DNA from: Minisyncoccota bacterium
Lineage (GTDB): Bacteria > Patescibacteriota > Minisyncoccia > Phycocordibacterales > UBA9973
Assembly (NCBI GenBank): GCA_035403785.1
Contig: DAONFW010000002.1
Location: 12,676 to 76,675, forward strand
Reading direction: 5' to 3'
DNA: 64,000 bases
The notes beneath the pieces were generated by a model. It did no database searches, was not told the origin of the DNA, and was given only the letters and a program-made list of their open reading frames with translations. Every line of letters starts with the position of its first letter. Within the stretch, counting starts at the first letter, position 1. Below are positions 50,688 to 59,446 of the stretch, piece after piece. Position numbers and translations under genes: made by a program.

Positions 50688-50788
50688 GTGAGCCCAGTCG
50701 AGATGCGACCATACGGTTCATTACCCTATAAGGTTTATTCCAAATCCTTAACATTTTCAGAACGACCCTTCTCGGGAGACTATAAAAA
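50688..50788 (-). ncRNA. Candidate structured ncRNA, copy B
   Basis: AGTCT/GGGCT and CGAGA/TCTCG closing stems; TAAGG/CCTTA apical stem; TGCTATTCT extended -10 upstream at 50805-50813. Confidence 0.5.
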
Positions 50789-50869
50789 GTGACAAAAGTG
50801 ACACAGAATAGCATGTAAATGTTACAGATAGTTATAACATTCCTTTTAATAATAAGGTTATAAAAACCC

Positions 50870-50897
50870 TTGACTTTTCTACAAAAAGTTTTATACT
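50870..50897 (+). promoter_or_regulatory. Sigma70 promoter of orphan gene 51017
   Basis: TTGACT-16 nt-TATACT. Confidence 0.6.
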
Positions 50898-51016
50898 ATA
50901 TACCATAAAATGTTCCTTAAAATATGGATTTTTAAGTAGTTAAATTGTTTATTTAAGCTTCTATTAATCAGGAAGTTTTAATAAACAATTTAATATTTAT
51001 CTTAAAAACTCCAGAA

Positions 51017-52183
51017 ATGAAAACAATTGATTTAAGCATTGACGACCTAAGAAATATGGTCGATGTACTATCTTCCCCGGAAGAAAAACTTCGTTTTTTA
51101 AGATCACTTTCTAAAACTAGCAACACTGCTGTCTTAGACTTAATCCTTGAACTCGACGAAGATCCCGGTACTGACACTTTGGAAAAAGGGCTGAAATTAG
51201 CTCTTAAGAAAAAAGATCAGGATTCAATTCTCAAATACGGCAGAAAAGCTATTGACTACTACATCGAAAATAATTTTTCCATTCTTCTCCCTGAGCAATT
51301 ACGTAAGTGGAAAAATGAAAAATTAACAGAGTATGCTGTAAGTAAATTCCCCCAATCTCAGACCCGGGATCACCTTTCAGAAGCAGTTGATTTTTATGAG
51401 AGAATGAAAATTGAAAATGATTCCTCAAAAAAGTTAACCGAAAAACTATTGGCCATGGAAATTCGTGATTCCCAGTATCCCTTTACTGCCTGCAAAATTT
51501 TAATGAAATTAGGCAGACATACCGAAGCAATTAAGCATTATCTTAAAATTGGTGAACCTTATTGTTTAAGAGATGCATGGAATATTGCCAGGGAGCATGT
51601 ACCTGAAATGAAAATAGGGATCGCCGAAAAAATTTGGAAAATGGGTGTTACAGAAGATACGCCTCTGGTAGTCTTCGTTGAGTCGGCATTACTGTTGGGT
51701 TACTCCGAAAGAGCAATAATACTTTTAAAAAAGTATATCGCAGGCTTGAAACCAAATACCGGCAGATTTTTTATTGGGCTTGTTGAGGCACTCAAGATTC
51801 TCGACTTATCTTATGAAATAAACAAGGTACTCGATATTGCTCGTAAACACACAAATTCCATTCACTCGTTTCCGTGGGATGCTTATAAAGAAATGGTTCA
51901 ATTGTGTGATGTTGCTGGAAAGGAAGAAGAAAGCAAACAGTGGATGATTACTAGGTTGAAGTATGAAATTGCTGAAACCAACCCTACTAATGTGCCGAGC
52001 ACGATTGCTGAATATGAAGAAAAAACTGGCGACAAATCACTTCGCATTCTGCTTTTCCCGCATTTTGAAAAACAACAAATGTATGGAGAAGCCGAAAAAC
52101 TTGCAGTTGAATTCGGTATGCCAGAAAAAGCTGAAAAGTATGCCAAGCTTGCTCAATTGTTTGTATCATCACACGTGAAATAA
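51017..52183 (+). CDS. Hypothetical all-helical (TPR/solenoid-like) protein
   Basis: 388 aa, no TM; LMKLGRHTEAIKHYLKIG and YGEAEKLAVEFGMPEKAEKY; codon usage richer in C-ending codons than the core genes. Confidence 0.7.
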   Translation: MKTIDLSIDDLRNMVDVLSSPEEKLRFLRSLSKTSNTAVLDLILELDEDPGTDTLEKGLKLALKKKDQDSILKYGRKAIDYYIENNFSILLPEQLRKWKNEKLTEYAVSKFPQSQTRDHLSEAVDFYERMKIENDSSKKLTEKLLAMEIRDSQYPFTACKILMKLGRHTEAIKHYLKIGEPYCLRDAWNIAREHVPEMKIGIAEKIWKMGVTEDTPLVVFVESALLLGYSERAIILLKKYIAGLKPNTGRFFIGLVEALKILDLSYEINKVLDIARKHTNSIHSFPWDAYKEMVQLCDVAGKEEESKQWMITRLKYEIAETNPTNVPSTIAEYEEKTGDKSLRILLFPHFEKQQMYGEAEKLAVEFGMPEKAEKYAKLAQLFVSSHVK

Positions 52184-52206
52184 TCACAAGTGGTAATTAA
52201 AGCATT

Positions 52207-52241
52207 CAAGCCGTTTCCTTTTGGGGACGGCTTGTTTTTTT
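52207..52241 (+). terminator. Intrinsic terminator
   Basis: CAAGCCGTTTCC-tttt-GGGGACGGCTTG followed by T7. Confidence 0.8.
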
Positions 52242-52333
52242 ATCAGAAACATTAAAAATCTAGCTAAGATATTATAAAAGTTACCAACACTTTAAGGCTT
52301 AGCAAAAGACTAAATCTCTGACATTATTAAGAT

Positions 52334-52492
52334 ATGGAAACAAGCACAATTGGTAGAATTCATAGTCCATTATTAATAACGGAAACAAGAATTAGGTACT
52401 GTTTATATGCTCGTAAATCGACCGAATCCGACGAGCAACAAGCATTATCAATAGATTCTCAAGTTAAGGAAGGAAGCGAGTTTTCAGAATGA
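52334..52492 (+). pseudogene. N-terminal remnant of a serine recombinase
   Basis: 52 aa METSTIGRIHSPLLITETRIRYCLYARKSTESDEQQALSIDSQVKEGSEFSE with the catalytic Y-x-R-x-S motif. Confidence 0.85.
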
Positions 52493-52505
52493 AAACTCGC
52501 TTCCT
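52471..52505. terminator. 16-bp perfect hairpin downstream of tRNA-Glu
   Basis: AGGAAGCGAGTTTTCA-gaa-TGAAAACTCGCTTCCT. Confidence 0.6.
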
Positions 52506-52534
52506 ATTTCTAATTTCCACAATCTCTCTTTAGG

Positions 52535-52606
52535 TGACCCTACCGGGAATCGAACCCGGATTACCGGCTTGAAAAGCCGATGTCCTAACCGTTAGACGAT
52601 AGGGCC
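52535..52606 (-). tRNA. tRNA-Glu(TTC)
   Basis: GGCCCTA..TAGGGTC-A; TCGGC-TTTTCAA-GCCGG. Confidence 0.95.
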
Positions 52607-52690
52607 AAATTTAGAACATAGATATAATAACATTTTTTTAATAAAATGCAAAAGTTTTTGAAAAATGATAGATTAAATAAAGGGTAAATA

Positions 52691-52848
52691 GAACGAAGTG
52701 GGGAGGCGTGGCTATGAAATATGAACTGCTTCATATTTCATCCGGTTTTGCAAAAGCAAAAATGTTTGATATTCTTTGGGGTGAAAACATAGGGAAGGGT
52801 CCGAAAGGGCACGAAGCAAGCTGGCGAACGAAGTGAGGAGGCGTGGCT
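52691..52848 (+). repeat. 23-nt direct repeat duplicating the tRNA-Ser 5' end and enclosing a structured insert
   Basis: GAACGAAGTG(G/A)GGAGGCGTGGCT at 52691-52713 and 52826-52848; 12-bp hairpin at 52714-52741. Confidence 0.8.
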
Positions 52849-52923
52849 GAGTGGTTGAAGGCACCGGTTTCGAAAACCGGCATTGGGGAAACCTAATCGT
52901 GAGTTCAAATCTCACCGCCTCCG
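52837..52923 (+). tRNA. tRNA-Ser(CGA)
   Basis: GGAGGCG..CGCCTCC-G; CCGGT-TTCGAAA-ACCGG; long variable arm. Confidence 0.95.
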
Positions 52924-52977
52924 CAAAATTGAATCGTTTACATATTAATAGAATAGTTTTAATATATTTAATATAAT

Positions 52978-53352
52978 ATGAGAATGGAAAATTTATTTAA
53001 TTTTAATAAGAAAAAAATAGATGCAGGAAGGCAGCTTAATTTAAATTTCACTGATTTAGAAAAAGACAAAGACGGTAAGACTATTTATGATTTTTTAGAA
53101 AAAGCTGGAATAAAAGAAGGGGATGAAGATTATAAAAAAATCTTAAATAATCTTTCTTTTAGAAATGGTTATTTTTATGTTGGGGATGTTTATATAAAAG
53201 AATATTTATATTGGAAAAAAGTTTACAGTGAAGACAAAAAAAAGCTTTCTGATTCAAGTGATAAATTTGGCGTTAAAAAAGTACCAAAAAAGAAAATAAA
53301 TAGACATCTTTCGGATAAAGAAAGAGATTTTTTGTACGGCCACTGGGACTAA
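52978..53352 (+). CDS. Hypothetical protein
   Basis: 124-aa ORF, Lys-rich, no recognised motif. Confidence 0.55.
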   Translation: MRMENLFNFNKKKIDAGRQLNLNFTDLEKDKDGKTIYDFLEKAGIKEGDEDYKKILNNLSFRNGYFYVGDVYIKEYLYWKKVYSEDKKKLSDSSDKFGVKKVPKKKINRHLSDKERDFLYGHWD

Positions 53353-54320
53353 TTTCTTTTCTTTTTATTATATATTTCAGGTTCTGAAGACTTGTACACA
53401 ACAAAAGTAGATATTCCCAAGCTAGGATATCTCCCAACTTTCGTATCTTTAATTAGACTCATTGGAGCTATTTTGGGTTCCTTGTCTTTTTCATAACTGT
53501 AATTTTGCCCAATGTTTACATTTCCAACTCTTGCGCAATCTTTTTGTTTAAATCCCATATTGTATATCACTAAAAGTCTGTATATTTCTTGTCCCAAATT
53601 TCCAGTTGTGTGATTACCGGGAGTTGCTTGCATGTGCTTTTCATCTTTATTTTTATTTTGAGTTTCTTTTGGGGCTAAATATAATCCTGGTTCGTAAATT
53701 TTGTTTATTTCTTTTTTAACTTCTTGATCAAAAGTATTAATTTCAAATTTTGGGGTTACACCTTCTTTGTATAGAAGCGCCATTGCTGCGCCTGGAACCA
53801 TTGCTCCGCCATCTATAGAAACAGGGATGTAATAGGCGATATAATCACCAGATTCTAAAGCTTCTTTTATTGTTTTTCCTTCAATCATTGAAGGCTGGTT
53901 TAATTCTGCTTCTGTTGGAAATTCAATATTACCAAACTCTATATGCATTCCTTTTTCGTTTGATATAGAATCAAGTTTCTGTGCGCTGAAATAATTTTTT
54001 ACTTCGCCAAATGTTTCATGAAAAGTTGAGTCTAATTTTTCTGGAGATATTTTTTCAAATTTATTAATATCTTCCCAAGTCATTTCGTATACGTCTTGCC
54101 CTAGAATTTCTCTAGCTTCTTTTTCTGCTTGAGCCTCTGTTTGATATTTTTTTAATAAATCCTGATTTGGTTTTTCCGAAGATGCGAAAGAAGTTTGTCC
54201 AAAAGCTTCAGCTGTCCCAAAAGATAGCACTCCGCTTAGCAACATTTTAATCATAATGTTTTTTATATTATGACTTTTCTTTTCTGGGCTAATATTTTTT
54301 TCTTTGAAAAAATTAAACAT
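53349..54320 (-). CDS. Hypothetical exported protein
   Basis: 323 aa; basic N-terminal extension followed by a signal-like segment ending AFGQ. Confidence 0.65.
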   Translation of the reverse strand: MFNFFKEKNISPEKKSHNIKNIMIKMLLSGVLSFGTAEAFGQTSFASSEKPNQDLLKKYQTEAQAEKEAREILGQDVYEMTWEDINKFEKISPEKLDSTFHETFGEVKNYFSAQKLDSISNEKGMHIEFGNIEFPTEAELNQPSMIEGKTIKEALESGDYIAYYIPVSIDGGAMVPGAAMALLYKEGVTPKFEINTFDQEVKKEINKIYEPGLYLAPKETQNKNKDEKHMQATPGNHTTGNLGQEIYRLLVIYNMGFKQKDCARVGNVNIGQNYSYEKDKEPKIAPMSLIKDTKVGRYPSLGISTFVVYKSSEPEIYNKKKRN

Positions 54321-54330
54321 TTTTGTTTTG

Positions 54331-55275
54331 TTATTTAGTGTGTAAAGTTAAATAAATATCTTCCAACGCTTTTACCGCATCGCCAGCTGCGATGTTGTTT
54401 TGATGATATAGAATATTAGTGCAGTCTCCAGCAGCCCAAATGCCAGCTGTTTTTGTTTTGTTTGTCCAAGGATCTATTACTATTCTGCCAATTTTGTCTA
54501 ATTCAACTATATTTTTCACAAAATCAGTATTTGGAATCTGACCGATTTCTACAAAAATTCCAGATACTTTTAAGTTTATCTGCGCATTGTTAGTTTTATC
54601 GTTTAATACTATTCCATCTACAAATTTTTCTCCTATTATTTCTAAAATATCTACGTTTTTTATAATTTTAAATTTAGGATTTTTAGAAAGTTTTTCTATT
54701 GTTATTTGGTCGGCTCTGAATGTTTCACTTCTGTTTATCAAAGTTACAGAATTGCAATAGGCGAGTAGTTGCGCTGCAGATTCAAAAGCTGCATTTCCCC
54801 CTCCAATCACAGCTACATCCATATCAGAAAACATTGGGCCATCGCAAGTTGCGCAGTAGGTTAAGCCTTTGTGTTCTAGCTTATCAGCATTTTTTGCATC
54901 TAGCTTTCTGCGTTTACTTCCTGTTGCGATCAAAACAGTTTTTGTTTCAAAATTTTCTCCAGCTTCAGTTTTGATTAAAAAATTCTCTCCAGATTTTTCG
55001 ATATTATTTACCAATAAACCTTCTTGCACTTTCAGTGTATCGGTTTCTTTTGCATTACTTAAAACATGATTTTTTAAATCTTCTGCAAGTTTTGATCCAG
55101 CGATAGCAGCTGTGCCGATCCAATTATAAATAGTTTCAGAGACGATAGACTGTCCGCCAAATTCTGATGTTATAAATAAAGCTTTGAGTCTTTTGCGTGA
55201 AGCATAAACAGCCGCTGCTGAGCCAGCCGGTCCACCACCGATAATTATTAAATCGTAAATATTATTATTAGTCAT
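54331..55275 (-). CDS. trxB: Thioredoxin reductase / AhpF-like flavoprotein
   Basis: GGGPAG, YCATCDG, GGGNAAFE, AAGD. Confidence 0.88.
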   Translation of the reverse strand: MTNNNIYDLIIIGGGPAGSAAAVYASRKRLKALFITSEFGGQSIVSETIYNWIGTAAIAGSKLAEDLKNHVLSNAKETDTLKVQEGLLVNNIEKSGENFLIKTEAGENFETKTVLIATGSKRRKLDAKNADKLEHKGLTYCATCDGPMFSDMDVAVIGGGNAAFESAAQLLAYCNSVTLINRSETFRADQITIEKLSKNPKFKIIKNVDILEIIGEKFVDGIVLNDKTNNAQINLKVSGIFVEIGQIPNTDFVKNIVELDKIGRIVIDPWTNKTKTAGIWAAGDCTNILYHQNNIAAGDAVKALEDIYLTLHTK

Positions 55276-55392
55276 GTTTTGTATTCTACCAAAAAAGTCA
55301 AATTAACTCCATTTACAGACTAGTTAATTCATGATAATCTATTATTGAAACTCTCTTGTGAAATATAGTTCATTAATCTAAATCTACAGACT

Positions 55393-55620
55393 ATGGAATG
55401 TGAACAGTATCAAATTATTGGTTTTCGTGAAGCTACCAAAGAAAAAATTATAAAGATATTTTCGAATGGATTAGGGGTAATGATTCTCGGGAGGAAACTT
55501 CCTGATGTATCAGGAATAATAGGAGAATTTTATCCTGTTTATGATAACGATGAAAAGACGATTATTTCTTTCTTTGGTAAGTCTAGCAGAACCGCAAAAG
55601 CTCGCCCATCTTATGGGTGA
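55393..55620 (+). CDS. Small hypothetical protein
   Basis: 75 aa; TTTACA-17-TAATCT promoter at 55312-55340; ends inside a terminator. Confidence 0.5.
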   Translation: MECEQYQIIGFREATKEKIIKIFSNGLGVMILGRKLPDVSGIIGEFYPVYDNDEKTIISFFGKSSRTAKARPSYG

Positions 55621-55627
55621 GCTTTTT
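55596..55627. terminator. Bidirectional terminator
   Basis: AAAAGCTCGCCCAT-ctt-ATGGGTGAGCTTTT. Confidence 0.75.
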
Positions 55628-55649
55628 AAGTTAGATAGAGATATAAATT

Positions 55650-56894
55650 TTATTTTTTATTTCTTCTCAAGAATGCTGGTACTGCACTCCAGTCGTCTGT
55701 GTCATCGTCTATTATGATCTCTTCTATTTCTGGTTTTTTATCTAGTTTTTTTAAGAAATCATTATTGCTATTATTGTTGCTATTTGTTTCAGTATTCTGT
55801 TTTGGAAGACTATTGTGAATTTCTTTTTTTATTGAAATTACACCTTCTTCTTTTTTGGTATTGTTATTTGATTGATTTACTGGATTTATAACATTACTGA
55901 ACAAATTCTTTTTTGATAGTTCTGCTGGATTAGCTGGATTGGTAGGGAAGCTGGTAGCAATAACAGTAACTTTTAATTCGCCTTTCTTTAATTTTTCATC
56001 ATGGATAGTTCCGAAGATTACTTTTGCGTCCTTGTCGATACTTTCGGTGATTATTTTTGCAGCTTCTTGAATTTCATGAATAGTGATATCGTCGCCACCT
56101 GAGATTGCAAACAAAACTCCTTTTGCTCCGTTTATTGAAACTTCTAGAAGAGGGGAATTGATTGCTTGCAAAGCAGCTTTTTCTGCACGTTTTTCTCCAG
56201 ATGCCGAACCTATTCCCATAAGGGCTGAACCAGCGTCTGACATGATAGCTTTGATATCCGCAAAGTCTACGTTGATTATACCGGGAGTTGTAATTAAATC
56301 AGAAATTCCTTCAACTGCTTGTCTCAAGACATCGTCACAGTTTGCAAAAGCATCTTTGAAATTTGTATTTTTGTCTGAAATTTGTAGTAATTTATCGTTT
56401 GGAATTACTATGATTGCGTCAACTTCTTTTGCTAAATTATCCAATCCATTTTCTGCAATTTTCATTCTGTGATTTCCTTCAAAGAAGAAAGGTTTTGTTA
56501 CGACAGCTACTGTTAGGATACCTTGTTCTTTTGATGCTTTCGCAATGATTGGAGCTGCTCCTGTTCCTGTTCCTCCTCCCATACCGCAAGCGATGAAGAC
56601 CATGTCCGAACCTTTTATTGTGTCTTGGATTTCTGCTTTTGTTTCTTCTGCGGCTTTACGTCCAATTTCTGGATTCATACCGGCACCAAGACCTTTAGTC
56701 AAATTTTTTCCGATGTGTATTTTTTTCTCTGCCAAAGAATGATGTAAATCTTGAGTATCAGTATTCATACAGATAAACTCAACACCTTTCACTTTACTTG
56801 AGATCATGTGGTTAAGTGCGTTCTTTCCGGAACCTCCAATTCCGATTACTTTAATACGAGCGAATGTTTCTATTTCTGGATTTAATTTTGGCAT
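55650..56894 (-). CDS. ftsZ: Cell division protein FtsZ
   Basis: GMGGGTGTG, INVDFAD, C-terminal VPAFLRR. Confidence 0.98.
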   Translation of the reverse strand: MPKLNPEIETFARIKVIGIGGSGKNALNHMISSKVKGVEFICMNTDTQDLHHSLAEKKIHIGKNLTKGLGAGMNPEIGRKAAEETKAEIQDTIKGSDMVFIACGMGGGTGTGAAPIIAKASKEQGILTVAVVTKPFFFEGNHRMKIAENGLDNLAKEVDAIIVIPNDKLLQISDKNTNFKDAFANCDDVLRQAVEGISDLITTPGIINVDFADIKAIMSDAGSALMGIGSASGEKRAEKAALQAINSPLLEVSINGAKGVLFAISGGDDITIHEIQEAAKIITESIDKDAKVIFGTIHDEKLKKGELKVTVIATSFPTNPANPAELSKKNLFSNVINPVNQSNNNTKKEEGVISIKKEIHNSLPKQNTETNSNNNSNNDFLKKLDKKPEIEEIIIDDDTDDWSAVPAFLRRNKK

Positions 56895-57048
56895 AATATT
56901 TTTTGGTTCACTTTTTAATTTTGATAGTGAACTCTGTTATTTTTAATAAAAATTTTAAATTAATATACTCCTTATAATAGCAGAAAATAAAAAAAAGCAA
57001 AATCCTTGCTTTTTTCTAAAAAGTGTATCTTTATAACGTGCTAATAAT

Positions 57049-58212
57049 TTATGGCATCAGCTGTTTTGTTATTGATTTTACTAGGTTTTTTAGATCTTTG
57101 AATGTCCCTTGAACTGAACTAGAATTATAATTCTCGCTAGTTTTACAAGAGATAACCAAACCTAAAACAACAAACCAAGCTGGATCTCGAAGTTTAGTTT
57201 TTACAATCCCGAAGAAGTCTGTTGTGCCAACTTTCGATGGAAGCTTGAGATGAGATTTAGAAGTTTCTTCTAATTTATTTATTCCTGATCCGCCACCGAT
57301 GAATACAACACCAGCTGGCAATAATTCATTTCTTTTTATTTTTTTCAAATGATTTTCTACTAGTTCAAAAATATCTGAAAGACGAGCGATAATAATTTCG
57401 TCTAATTTTTTCTTTGAAAATTCTTCTGGGTCATTTTTTACTTTCATGACTTCTGCTCTTTCTAAAGGAATTTTCAAACCCAAAGCAATATCGTTTGTGA
57501 TGTCAGATGAGCCAATAGAAAAAGTATGCAAATATACAGGCAATCCGTTTTCAAATATTGTCATAGAAACAGTTTCTGCTCCGATATTTATCAATCCGGC
57601 ACCAACCATTTTTTGTCTTTCAGAAAGAGCTAAGCAACTTCCAGCAATAGAAGAAGCAATAATGTCTATTGTTTCTACACCGGCTTCAGCGATAACAGAT
57701 AATAAATCATCTACATGTTGAGTTGAGCAGGTGATATAAAGCACTTTTGCTTCCAATTTGTTTCCGCGCATGCCTTCTGGTCTGCCGAGAACTTCTTTTC
57801 CGTCTAGTTTATACGAAATAGGGAACATTTGGATTATCTTTCTGTTTCCTAAATTTAAATTATTTTCACTTTCTTCAATTGCTTTTTTTACATCTAGATT
57901 CGTCACTTCGCTGTCTGCTTTTGTAATGACAGCCGCACCGGTACTTGATTCGGATTTTAAAGTTACACTGTTTATTGAAACAAAAGCTCTTTTTATTTTT
58001 AGTCCAGAACTTTTTTCAGCCATCGCAACTGCTTTTTTTACTGAGTTTACAGCGTCAGAAAAATTCACCACGTATCCATGGCGAACGCCTTTTGTTTCTG
58101 ATTCTCCAATTCCAATAATCTTAGGATTTTTTTCTCCCTTTAGAAATTCTCCCACCACGACTCTCGTCATTGATGAGCCTACATCGATTCCGATAGAAAT
58201 ATTTCTGATCAT
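57049..58212 (-). CDS. ftsA: Cell division protein FtsA
   Basis: GIDVGSS, GVRHG.V, ITNDIA, FIGGGS; upstream of ftsZ; start at ATG 58212. Confidence 0.93.
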   Translation of the reverse strand: MIRNISIGIDVGSSMTRVVVGEFLKGEKNPKIIGIGESETKGVRHGYVVNFSDAVNSVKKAVAMAEKSSGLKIKRAFVSINSVTLKSESSTGAAVITKADSEVTNLDVKKAIEESENNLNLGNRKIIQMFPISYKLDGKEVLGRPEGMRGNKLEAKVLYITCSTQHVDDLLSVIAEAGVETIDIIASSIAGSCLALSERQKMVGAGLINIGAETVSMTIFENGLPVYLHTFSIGSSDITNDIALGLKIPLERAEVMKVKNDPEEFSKKKLDEIIIARLSDIFELVENHLKKIKRNELLPAGVVFIGGGSGINKLEETSKSHLKLPSKVGTTDFFGIVKTKLRDPAWFVVLGLVISCKTSENYNSSSVQGTFKDLKNLVKSITKQLMP

Positions 58213-58573
58213 ATTTTTTTTCTGCTCTCTCCATTTTATCACTATGTTCCATTCCTTTCAAATGTAGCATCCCGTGGATAACTAAAAATCCGATCATTTC
58301 TTTCAAATTTCTATCAAAATCTTTAAGTTGCGTTTTTACAATATTCGGACAAATCAAAATTTCTCCTTCGGTTTTTGAAAGGCAAAAAGATAAAATATTA
58401 GTCGGATTATTTTTATTTCTATATCTGTTATTAAATTCTTGAGATTGCTTTTCTGTTACAAAAACAATTGAGAGTTCAAATTTTTCTCCCAAGATATCTT
58501 TTTTTATATTAGAAAAAGGCAAGCTTGGTAGCTTGCACTTCGTCTTATTTATTACAGATAGATTTTCAGACAT
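58121..58573 (-). CDS. ybeY: rRNA maturation endoribonuclease YbeY
   Basis: NNRYRNKNNPTNILSF, GEILIC, IHGMLHLKGMEH. Confidence 0.92.
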   Translation of the reverse strand: MSENLSVINKTKCKLPSLPFSNIKKDILGEKFELSIVFVTEKQSQEFNNRYRNKNNPTNILSFCLSKTEGEILICPNIVKTQLKDFDRNLKEMIGFLVIHGMLHLKGMEHSDKMERAEKKYDQKYFYRNRCRLINDESRGGRISKGRKKS

Positions 58574-58591
58574 TTGTTGTTCTGTTAAGTC

Positions 58592-58819
58592 TTATCTTAT
58601 TTTTCCAAGTTTTCTTAGTTTTTCTATTTCTGAGCGTCTCTGGATTCTCTTTAGTGTTGCTTTCTTTATCTTAACTTTTGATTCTTTTCTTTCGTTATAT
58701 CTGTTATTTTTTACTTTTGGAATAATACTTGATTCTTGAACTTTACGAGAAAAACGACGTAACACAGACGCGTTGTTTTCGTTTTGATTTTTCTTAACTT
58801 CTATTACTACTTTTGCCAT
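58592..58819 (-). CDS. rpsU: 30S ribosomal protein bS21
   Basis: IEVKK..NE....LRRFSRKV..S.I...K..RY; basic, 75 aa. Confidence 0.8.
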   Translation of the reverse strand: MAKVVIEVKKNQNENNASVLRRFSRKVQESSIIPKVKNNRYNERKESKVKIKKATLKRIQRRSEIEKLRKLGKIR

Positions 58820-58941
58820 ATAGTCTATAGATTATCATAAAAAAAAATTATGGCAAGTAAGCCAGAATAAAACATCTTGCTTTTTAATAATATTATGAAA
58901 ATTAAGTAGACTTTTGGCTTAAAAAAAGTTAAGATTCATTT

Positions 58942-59409
58942 ATGTCAAAAAGTGGAGATTATATAACAGAAGAAAAAAAGAAAGCCCTTGAATTAGAGCT
59001 AGAAGATTTAAAAGGACCCAAAAGAATGGATCTTTTGGCAAAATTACAGTATGCAAAATCTCTTGGAGATCTTTCAGAAAACGCAGAATATCATCAAGTC
59101 AGAGAAGATCAGTCCAAGTTGGAAGCTAGAATTCAAAAGATCGAGCAGGTTTTGAAGTCTTCAGAAATTATTAAAGCAACAGGTGGAGATACTGTAGAAG
59201 TGGGCTCAAAAGTTTTAGTTCAAAAAGAAGGTACTAATGAAGAGAAGACTTATCAGATAGTTGGCTCAGAAGAAGCTGACACTTTAAACGGAAAAATTTC
59301 TAATAAATCACCAATCGGTGAAGCTTTGTATGGAAAGAAAAAAGGTGAAACTATTTCTTTCAAAACTCCAGGTGGAGTTGTTAATTACAAAATAATAAAC
59401 GTTTACTAA
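58942..59409 (+). CDS. greA: Transcription elongation factor GreA
   Basis: GDLSENAEY, IVGSEEAD, IS..SPIGEAL.GKK. Confidence 0.96.
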   Translation: MSKSGDYITEEKKKALELELEDLKGPKRMDLLAKLQYAKSLGDLSENAEYHQVREDQSKLEARIQKIEQVLKSSEIIKATGGDTVEVGSKVLVQKEGTNEEKTYQIVGSEEADTLNGKISNKSPIGEALYGKKKGETISFKTPGGVVNYKIINVY

Positions 59410-59446
59410 TTAATTTAATTTTTTAGAAAATAAAAACAAAAAGTAT

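Noticed and set aside
49866-50788. Repeats as integron attC sites
   Set aside because: No RYYYAAC...GTTRRRY ends recognised and no tyrosine integrase in the window.
50614-50814. 66-aa ORF over copy B (and 49754-49936 over copy A)
   Set aside because: The two repeat copies do not preserve a common reading frame or strand, and the ORFs cross terminators.
52714-52836. Insert as a group I intron in tRNA-Ser
   Set aside because: The downstream tRNA is already complete, the insert is too short, and no P7 core was recognised.
52712-52915. 67-aa ORF (also 41466-41783 and 6273-6470)
   Set aside because: Shadow ORFs produced by antisense reading of tRNA genes.
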